Source of the DNA: an uncultured Lachnospiraceae bacterium
Lineage (GTDB): Bacteria > Bacillota > Clostridia > Lachnospirales > Lachnospiraceae
Assembly (NCBI GenBank): GCA_910579865.1
Contig: CAJTXA010000001.1
Span: 161,852-193,851 of the forward strand
DNA: 32,000 nucleotides
Direction: 5' to 3'
In this document: piece by piece, positions 27,034 through 32,000 of the stretch
How positions within the stretch are numbered: position 1 is the first letter of the stretch
Layout of the letters: the number at the start of each line of letters is the position of its first letter
The notes under the pieces: generated by a model
What the model was told of the DNA's origin: nothing
Database searches by the model: none
Seen by the model: the letters and a program-made list of their open reading frames with translations, nothing else
Position numbers and translations under genes: made by a program

Positions 27034-27046
27034 TCCTTATCTGCCT
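27015..27046 (-). terminator. intrinsic terminator after the AraC-family gene
   Basis: The minus strand reads AGGCAGA, a 9-nt loop, TCTGCCT, then TCTTTTTT. It lies about 17 nt downstream of the stop at 27063. Confidence 0.65.
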
Positions 27047-27062
27047 ATCTGATTCTAGAATA

Positions 27063-27896
27063 CTATAAAATCCCTTTATTCTTACGATATTGATGTGGTG
27101 ATATGCCTTTGGCTTTTTTAAATACATCTCCAAAATAATTACTATCATTAAATCCACATTCAAGTGCAATTTCTGTAATGCTCTTTTTCGTCTGAAGCAA
27201 TCGCTTCTCTGCCTCCTTTAGTCGAATATTACAAAGGTACTCTTTAAACCCAAACCCCGTTACTCGCTTAAATTTTCTAGAAAAATACGTTGGACTCATA
27301 TTTGCTCGTTTCGCTGCATCTTCTAAACTAATCGCTATATTATAATTTCCACTAATATACTTTGCTACATTTTGAATCGCTTCATCAATTTCATCTAACT
27401 CTTCTATTCCTGTCTCTTGTATCCTCTGATAACGTAAGAAAAATACTAATAATTCATGTAAATATCCCTTTATTAATAGATTGGAATATTCATCCTTATT
27501 TTTATACTCTGTTTCCATCCGTTCAAATAGATTTAAAATATATTCCCTTCGATTGATTGGAATTTTAATATGTGGTCTTTGAAAGCATCTTTGAATAAAT
27601 TCTTTTCCATAAAGTTCTTGAAAACTGGTCATATACTCCTCTGTAAAACAAATCACATATCTTTCATGTGATAGTGCGTTTTCCTGTGTATAAGTAGAAC
27701 GATGAATATTCCCCTTTTCAATTAATAAGACATCTCCTTTTTCTAATGTATATAAGGTATGTTCTAGAAAAAAACGTCTTTTTCCTGTTAATAAAAAATA
27801 TATTTCATAAGAATTTACATGAATATGCGGATCTTTCATTGAAAAATAAGCTTCTCTTTTTATTTTTGTTATCTTAAAATTCTCTATATTATTCAT
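27063..27896 (-). CDS. AraC-family transcriptional regulator (cupin N-domain plus dual HTH)
   Basis: The C-terminal AraC HTH region reads SLEDAAKRANMSPTYFSRKFKRVTGFGFKEYLCNIRL...ITEIALECGFNDSNYFGDVFKKAKGISPHQYR. The N-terminal half is cupin-like. I prefer the start at MNNIENFK, with AGGAG 7 nt upstream. Confidence 0.85.
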   Translation of the reverse strand: MNNIENFKITKIKREAYFSMKDPHIHVNSYEIYFLLTGKRRFFLEHTLYTLEKGDVLLIEKGNIHRSTYTQENALSHERYVICFTEEYMTSFQELYGKEFIQRCFQRPHIKIPINRREYILNLFERMETEYKNKDEYSNLLIKGYLHELLVFFLRYQRIQETGIEELDEIDEAIQNVAKYISGNYNIAISLEDAAKRANMSPTYFSRKFKRVTGFGFKEYLCNIRLKEAEKRLLQTKKSITEIALECGFNDSNYFGDVFKKAKGISPHQYRKNKGIL

Positions 27897-28202
27897 TCTC
27901 TTTCTCCTGCTTTCCTTTGTATTTGCTAAAGTCATATCAAATAAGTTCTTTTTCTTAGTTTAGCATATTTTTTTCTATTATTCATTATTAAATAAAAATT
28001 TAACCCTATCCCCTACCCACTATCCACATAATTCTACAAAAAGAGCAAAAAATCTGTGATTCATTGTCGTTTAAACATTTTTTTCGTAGATTATTTTTTG
28101 ATTTTATTATATTATAATTATGCTTTGATATGAATTGAGACATTTAGAGCAAAGCAAACTAAAATGTGCTTTTATCGAATTTTCGTTTAAGACCATTTCC
28201 CC

Positions 28203-28226
28203 ATTGTTTTGATTTTTCAAAACAAT
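28203..28226. repeat. perfect 24-bp palindrome (10-bp arms, 4-nt spacer)
   Basis: ATTGTTTTGA-TTTT-TCAAAACAAT, read directly from the sequence. It sits in non-coding DNA. Confidence 0.8.
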
Positions 28227-28305
28227 ATTGGTCTGGTCAAGTTTTTGACCATATATCCCCTAATAAGTCCGCAGATAGTTCCCCCTGTCTGCGGACTTTC
28301 CCGTT

Positions 28306-28330
28306 AAAATTATTCTATCAAAATTATTCT
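28306..28330. repeat. tandem direct repeat, 2 x 11 nt with a 14-nt period
   Basis: AAAATTATTCT-ATC-AAAATTATTCT, read directly from the sequence. It sits in non-coding DNA. Confidence 0.75.
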
Positions 28331-28387
28331 TTTTTCTTAAATTGGTTTTATATAATCTAGTTACTATAATTTTTATAAATTAAACTC

Positions 28388-28425
28388 AAAAAAGTCCATA
28401 AACCTACGGTTTACAGACTTTTTTT
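28388..28425 (-). terminator. intrinsic terminator immediately after tRNA-Asn
   Basis: The minus strand reads GTCTGTAAACC-GTA-GGTTTATGGAC (11 bp including two G-U pairs), followed by TTTTTT. It starts 3 nt after the tRNA. Confidence 0.7.
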
Positions 28426-28427
28426 AA

Positions 28428-28499
28428 CTCCCCGAGCAGGGCTCGAACCTGCAACAACTCGGTTAACAGCCGAGTGCTCTACCATTGAGCTATCGAGGA
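28428..28499 (-). tRNA. tRNA-Asn (anticodon GTT), CCA not encoded
   Basis: The minus strand reads TCCTCGATAGCTCAATGGTAGAGCACTCGGCTGTTAACCGAGTTGTTGCAGGTTCGAGCCCTGCTCGGGGAG. It folds into a cloverleaf with a 7-bp acceptor stem, D arm GCTC/GAGC, anticodon stem CTCGG/CCGAG with loop CTGTTAA, and T arm GCAGG-TTCGAGC-CCTGC. Confidence 0.9.
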
Positions 28500-28515
28500 A
28501 AATCTATCTTTTCTT

Positions 28516-28543
28516 ATTATACTTATCTTTTCTAAAATGTCAA
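28516..28543 (-). promoter_or_regulatory. near-consensus sigma-A promoter for tRNA-Asn
   Basis: The minus strand reads TTGACA, then 16 nt, then TATAAT. It ends about 17 nt upstream of the tRNA 5' end. Confidence 0.6.
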
Positions 28544-28577
28544 GTATTTTTATAAAAAATATTTTAACTTTTCTAAA

Positions 28578-28602
28578 CCCCCGAATCCTCACTAATCGGG
28601 GG
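28578..28602 (-). terminator. putative (weak) terminator hairpin after rplT
   Basis: The minus strand reads CCCCCGA, an 11-nt loop, TCGGGGG, then TTTAG. The stem is GC-rich but the U-tract is short. Confidence 0.45.
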
Positions 28603-28623
28603 TAAGAAAGCTATTTTTTATCA

Positions 28624-28980
28624 TTAAGCCAATTTACTTTTTGCCAATTCTGCTAATGTAGCAAAACCTTCTGCATCATTAATTGCCAATTCGGATAACA
28701 TCTTCCGGTTCATATCAACTCCAGCTAGTTTCAATCCATACATCAATTTACTATAAGATAAACCATTCATTCTAGCTGCTGCATTAATACGTGCAATCCA
28801 CAATTGGCGGAATTGTCTTTTTCTCTCTTTTCTTCCTACATAAGAGCTTGCTAACGCTCTCATAACAGACTGCTTTGCAACCCGGTACTGTTTTGATCTT
28901 GCTCCTCTATATCCTTTTGCTAATTTCAATATCTTTTTATGTCTTCTTTTTGCGTTTAAACCGCCTTTTACTCTTGCCAT
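28624..28980 (-). CDS. rplT: 50S ribosomal protein L20
   Basis: [31 protein letters not shown]-terminus. 118 aa. Last gene of the infC-rpmI-rplT operon. Confidence 0.95.
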   Translation of the reverse strand: MARVKGGLNAKRRHKKILKLAKGYRGARSKQYRVAKQSVMRALASSYVGRKERKRQFRQLWIARINAAARMNGLSYSKLMYGLKLAGVDMNRKMLSELAINDAEGFATLAELAKSKLA

Positions 28981-29105
28981 TCTTAAATCCTGCTACTAAA
29001 CATCAAATCCCGACTCATCGGTAATTCCTGTAATGATCTAAATAGCTTTTCCTTTCTTTATATTCTTCATTCTCTCTGTCTCTAGAAATTCAAATTTCCT
29101 CTATT

Positions 29106-29303
29106 TTATAAATAAGGTAAAATCTTCTTCATATTCTTAACATTACTTGCATCTGTTATTGTTGCTTTTCTTAAATTTCTCTTTCTCTTTGCAGATTTCT
29201 TTGTTAATATATGAGATTTATAAGCTTTCATTCTTTTTAATTTACCAGTACCAGTCTTCTTAAAACGTTTTGCAGCTCCTCTACATGTCTTTACCTTTGG
29301 CAT
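29106..29303 (-). CDS. rpmI: 50S ribosomal protein L35
   Basis: [25 protein letters not shown]-terminus. 65 aa. AAGGAGGAAA RBS. Confidence 0.95.
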   Translation of the reverse strand: MPKVKTCRGAAKRFKKTGTGKLKRMKAYKSHILTKKSAKRKRNLRKATITDASNVKNMKKILPYL

Positions 29304-29335
29304 ATTCTATTTCCTCCTTAATCAATCTTTACTCT

Positions 29336-29842
29336 CTACTTCTTTTCAGCTAATGTCATCTGCATACTTCTTCCTTCCAGTTTAGCTGGTTTCTCGACTA
29401 CCGCAATATCCTTTAACTTCTCAGCAAAAACATCCAGAATTACTTTACTGTTAGCCATATGTGCCATCTCTCTGCCTCGGAACTTTAAAGTAACCTTTAC
29501 TTTATCTCCTTTTGTGATAAATTTCTTTGCTGCATTTACTTTTGTATTTAAATCATTCTCATCAATATTGGGAGATAAACGAATTTCCTTTACATCGATG
29601 ACTTTTTGTTTTTTCTTAGCCTCTTTCTCTTTTCTTGCAAGTTCATAACGGTATTTTCCATAATCTACAATTTTACATACCGGTGGTTTGGCTGTAGGCG
29701 CAATCTTTACCAAATCAAGATCGGCCTCCCTTGCTATCTTAAGGGCATCTCTGGCTGACATAATCCCTAACTGTTCTCCGTCTTCACCTATCAGACGTAT
29801 CTCTTTATCTCTGATCTGTTCGTTAATCATTAAATCGCTAAT
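29336..29842 (-). CDS. infC: translation initiation factor IF-3 (probable ATT start)
   Basis: INEQIRDKEIRLIGEDGEQLGIMSARDALKIAREADLDLVKIAPTAKPPVCKIVDYGKYRYE matches IF-3. GGAGGTG lies 7-9 nt upstream of an in-frame ATT at 29840-29842, and a non-AUG start is a known infC hallmark. The nearest ATG (29830) is about 20 nt from the RBS. The track's longer N-terminus covers the leader terminator. Confidence 0.85.
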   Translation of the reverse strand: MSDLMINEQIRDKEIRLIGEDGEQLGIMSARDALKIAREADLDLVKIAPTAKPPVCKIVDYGKYRYELARKEKEAKKKQKVIDVKEIRLSPNIDENDLNTKVNAAKKFITKGDKVKVTLKFRGREMAHMANSKVILDVFAEKLKDIAVVEKPAKLEGRSMQMTLAEKK

Positions 29843-30060
29843 AACTGTGCACCTCCATAACATATTTCGATAAAAATTTATCCGCGAAAAAAAGTGGATA
29901 GATCGACTATCCACTCAAAATTCTCATCTATCGAACAAGATAACAATTTCTGTTATCTGCACATACTAAGATCTCTGATTAACCTGAGTCGCCATTGCGC
30001 TGAGGTGAGAGTGGATACTCTACTTTATTGTTCTTTTTGTGTTTTTTACACAACTCTTGT
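29843..30060 (-). promoter_or_regulatory. L20-type ribosomal-protein leader (transcription attenuator) of the infC operon
   Basis: The 5' UTR is about 215 nt. A terminator at 29887-29916 reads GAGTGGATAG-TCGAT-CTATCCAC followed by T7. An upstream segment, TATCCACTC (plus-strand coordinates 30009-30017), is complementary to the terminator's 5' arm and can act as an antiterminator. This arrangement matches the known Firmicute L20 leader. Confidence 0.65.
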
Positions 30061-30089
30061 AGTTTAACATGATATTTTCTTTTTGTCAA
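30061..30089 (-). promoter_or_regulatory. sigma-A-type promoter for the infC leader
   Basis: The minus strand reads TTGACA, then a 17-nt spacer ending in TGT, then TAAACT. Confidence 0.55.
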
Positions 30090-30111
30090 GATAAATATTT
30101 TCTCTTATAAA
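30083..30111 (+). promoter_or_regulatory. sigma-A-type promoter for the 239-aa orphan gene
   Basis: The plus strand reads TTGTCA, then 17 nt, then TATAAA. It lies about 80 nt upstream of the ATG at 30193. Confidence 0.45.
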
Positions 30112-30192
30112 ACTGAACTACAAAACCGATATAGAAAATAACAAGAACGATTCTATCAATCAAAATAATAAGAATATAAGGAGGACTTTACT

Positions 30193-30912
30193 ATGTTATC
30201 AGCAGAAATTATTGAAAACAGCGCACAAGCTAATGCTGTTCACGAAACTTATCAAAAATCCAAAAAAAGTAATTCCTATGGAAAAACGATTGGTAAACCA
30301 GAATTAAGCGAAAAAGCTTCTGAATATTACCAAAAATTAAAGAAAAAATTCTCCAATATGGACTTTATCCTAGTCAGCAATGAAATGAAAGAAACCGCAA
30401 AATCCCAAGCTGGAAGCTATGCAAATCCTTACAAAATGGTTGTTTTAATTGATGAGGAAAAATTAGAAAGAATGGCCACCGATGAAGCATACCGAAAGCA
30501 ATATGAAGGAATTATTCAAAATGCTACTACCAAACTTCCAGAATTAAAATCTAGTCTTGGAAACAATGCTTCTTCTGTAAAAGGTTTTGGTATGCAAGTA
30601 GACAATAATGGAACCGCTTCTTTCTTTGCGGTTGTCGATCGCTCTTTAGCTGCCCAGAAAAAACGAATTGAAAAAAATGCAGAAAAAAAAGCGGAACAAA
30701 AGAAAGCAAATGACAAAAGAGATGCCAAAAAAGCAGAGGAAGAAAAAAAGGCGGAACATGCCACGTCAAAAGAAGATCTTGTAACAGTTACTGCTTCTTC
30801 TATTCAAGAACTATTGAAAAAAATAGAAGAGATTACCTACTCTACAAAAAGTGATTTTGTACAGACAGAACAGGAAAAAGCAGTTGGCCAGCATATCGAT
30901 TTCCGAGGATAA
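30193..30912 (+). CDS. hypothetical hydrophilic K/E-rich protein (possibly DUF6033-like, from memory)
   Basis: Strong RBS TAAGGAGG 8 nt before the ATG. 239 aa with no signal peptide or TM helix. A central lysine/glutamate/alanine-rich tract reads KKRIEKNAEKKAEQKKANDKRDAKKAEEEKKAE. It has its own promoter-like element and terminator. Confidence 0.8.
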   Translation: MLSAEIIENSAQANAVHETYQKSKKSNSYGKTIGKPELSEKASEYYQKLKKKFSNMDFILVSNEMKETAKSQAGSYANPYKMVVLIDEEKLERMATDEAYRKQYEGIIQNATTKLPELKSSLGNNASSVKGFGMQVDNNGTASFFAVVDRSLAAQKKRIEKNAEKKAEQKKANDKRDAKKAEEEKKAEHATSKEDLVTVTASSIQELLKKIEEITYSTKSDFVQTEQEKAVGQHIDFRG

Positions 30913-30940
30913 TAAAATAAAAAAATTTAGATTAACTATA

Positions 30941-30985
30941 AAAAAGAACACTTTCCGATTTTATTCCTGAAAGTGTTCTTTTTTA
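30941..30985. terminator. bidirectional intrinsic terminator between convergent genes
   Basis: AAAAAGAACACTTTC, a 13-nt loop, then GAAAGTGTTCTTTTT. An A-run lies on one side and a T-run on the other. Confidence 0.8.
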
Positions 30986-31019
30986 TTAGGGGAGTTTTTT
31001 TAAGTCCCTTTCTATCTTC

Positions 31020-31346
31020 TTACCGACACCCGCAAGTGCACTGAAAGCTGGCACACCGTGTTTCATCACAACAGGTTGCATTGGTTCCAGCAATTCCAAT
31101 ATGCTCTGCATGACATTCATTATCACTATTAAATCGGCAATGATGTGCTTCACAATCCACCTGAAGTTTCGTATCTGGGGATTCATATTGATTGCGATAA
31201 GAATCTTCTTCTCTTTCATAATAACTAGCACAGCAGGTAGCATTCGAATCTTTTGCCTCTGCTCCTTCAATTAAAATATTGCCCTTACAGCAACGTTCAT
31301 TCGCATTATGAATACAACTAGTCACATTACAATCCAATACTGGCAT
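31020..31346 (-). CDS. cysteine-rich protein with two DUF1540-like repeats
   Basis: Two repeats: LDCNVTSCIHNANERCCKGNILIEGAEAKDSNATCCASY and VDCEAHHCRFNSDNECHAEHIGIAGTNATCCDETRCASF. I prefer the start at MPVLDC (ATG 31344-31346), with AGGAGGAAT 5 nt upstream. The track's upstream extension lacks an RBS. Confidence 0.8.
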   Translation of the reverse strand: MPVLDCNVTSCIHNANERCCKGNILIEGAEAKDSNATCCASYYEREEDSYRNQYESPDTKLQVDCEAHHCRFNSDNECHAEHIGIAGTNATCCDETRCASFQCTCGCR

Positions 31347-31399
31347 CTTAAATTCCTCCTTATTAAGCATCATTATCACTTCATAAGGTAGTATACCCA

Positions 31400-32000
31400 T
31401 TACCTCTTTCTATATTCATTGATATCCGTTATAATTTCCTTTATCCCATCTGTAAGCGGCTCAAATACACCTGCATGAAACAATTCAATTAAAATCACAC
31501 CTACTGGAACTGCTAAAATCATACCAGCAATTCCCTTTATTTTAAATCCAATATACATAAAAAATAAAGTAGACAATGGATCAAGCCCCATACTATCTCC
31601 TACAATCTTAGGCTGAATAATCTGACGTACCACTTGGCTAATCAGATAAATTATAATTAATCCAATCGCTGTTCCATAATCGCCTGCTAAAAACAATACA
31701 ACTGCCCATGGAATCAATGCCGTTCCTGTTCCAAAAAAAGGAAGAAAATCCAAAAATGCAATCAAAGCAGCAAATAAAATTGCATATCGCACTCGCAAAA
31801 GTAAGAACCCTATAAACAAAATTAATGCCACAATTCCCATAATCTTAAACTGTGCTGCAAAATATCCGCCAATTAATTTCTTAATTTGTGCATAAATGCG
31901 ATCACAATGCTGCATAACCGATTTTGGCATAATCCTACGTACGGTTCCTACAATTCTTTCCCGATCGGCTATAAAAAAATAAGCAGACATCATTGTTACT
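31400..32000 (-). CDS. AI-2E family transporter / sporulation integral membrane protein YtvI-like (partial; 5' end outside the window)
   Basis: The frame stays open to the window edge. The TM-rich C-terminal half reads FLDFLPFFGTGTALIPWAV and QPKIVGDSMGLDPLSTLFFMYIG, typical of the PerM/YtvI family. Confidence 0.75.
   Translation of the reverse strand, partial: VTMMSAYFFIADRERIVGTVRRIMPKSVMQHCDRIYAQIKKLIGGYFAAQFKIMGIVALILFIGFLLLRVRYAILFAALIAFLDFLPFFGTGTALIPWAVVLFLAGDYGTAIGLIIIYLISQVVRQIIQPKIVGDSMGLDPLSTLFFMYIGFKIKGIAGMILAVPVGVILIELFHAGVFEPLTDGIKEIITDINEYRKR

Noticed and set aside
28166-28360. 64-aa plus-strand ORF in the araC/tRNA intergenic region.
   Set aside because: It has a GTG start without an RBS and an odd composition. 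It is simply the open frame running through the three hairpins and the direct repeats, so I treated the region as non-coding.
28380-28500. Possible integrative element or att site at tRNA-Asn, since tRNA 3' ends are common integration sites.
   Set aside because: I found no duplicated copy of the tRNA 3' end elsewhere in the window. There is no integrase or phage-like gene adjacent. The neighbouring genes (araC-family, spoVFAB) are chromosomal-type.
29843-29914. N-terminal extension of infC in the ORF track (MDSRSIHFFSRINFYRNMLWRCTV...).
   Set aside because: The extension spans the leader terminator hairpin and its U-tract, it has no RBS, and its residues are unlike IF3. The GGAGGTG RBS points to the ATT at 29840-29842, or failing that the ATG at 29830.
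30516-30769. Two antisense ORFs (82 and 72 aa) opposite the K/E-rich tract of the 239-aa gene, and the 94-aa ORF at 30986-31270 overlapping the DUF1540-like gene.
   Set aside because: They are shadow frames. The first two are F/S/A-rich complements of a lysine/glutamate-rich tract. The third overlaps a repeat-structured Cys-rich ORF and runs into the terminator. None has an RBS.
1-32000. CRISPR arrays, IS elements or transposases, toxin-antitoxin pairs and recognisable defence genes.
   Set aside because: I saw no regularly spaced repeats, terminal inverted repeats with a transposase, or motifs of known defence families. The only repeats are the short ones reported at 28203-28330.

Overview
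This is a visibly AT-rich chromosomal window that looks like a spore-forming Firmicutes/Clostridia genome (Lachnospiraceae-like by gene content). That taxonomic call is inference only. Most of the window is recognisable housekeeping.

Minus strand:
- xerD-like recombinase, spoIIM-like, nudF-like NUDIX and proC.
- A PLP aminotransferase.
- A parE/parC-like type IIA topoisomerase pair with a trailing BtuF-like lipoprotein.
- A stand-alone HD-GYP protein.
- rho, rpmE, a DUF1385-like gene, prmC and prfA.
- spoVFA/spoVFB, an AraC regulator and tRNA-Asn(GTT).
- The infC-rpmI-rplT operon with an L20-type leader.
- A DUF1540-like Cys-rich protein and a partial YtvI/AI-2E permease.

Plus strand:
- Malic enzyme, a TIGR01212-like radical SAM gene and a DUF4364-like gene.
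- A monocistronic K/E-rich orphan gene.

I saw no CRISPR array, IS element, prophage or rRNA.

The best candidate for an undescribed system is the left ~6.4 kb. It holds a tightly coupled three-gene operon with its own extended -10 promoter:
- An 1181-aa protein with no catalytic motif that appears to alternate beta-rich and helical segments.
- A 714-aa protein collinear with Hsp70 (NBD plus beta substrate-binding domain) that has every nucleotide-binding motif replaced and a TPR-like tail.
- A coiled-coil two-helix membrane protein that runs off the window.

Secondary items:
- A ~490-nt non-coding stretch next to tRNA-Asn with three strong hairpins and a tandem direct repeat.
- A Xer recombinase that ends one residue after its catalytic Tyr.
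- A long hydrophilic insertion in Rho.
- An overlapping radical-SAM/DUF4364 pair.
- Back-to-back promoters sharing one -35 hexamer.

All family names come from motif recognition and memory, because no searches could be run. Coordinates I located by hand (hairpins, promoters, tRNA) may be off by 1-2 nt.
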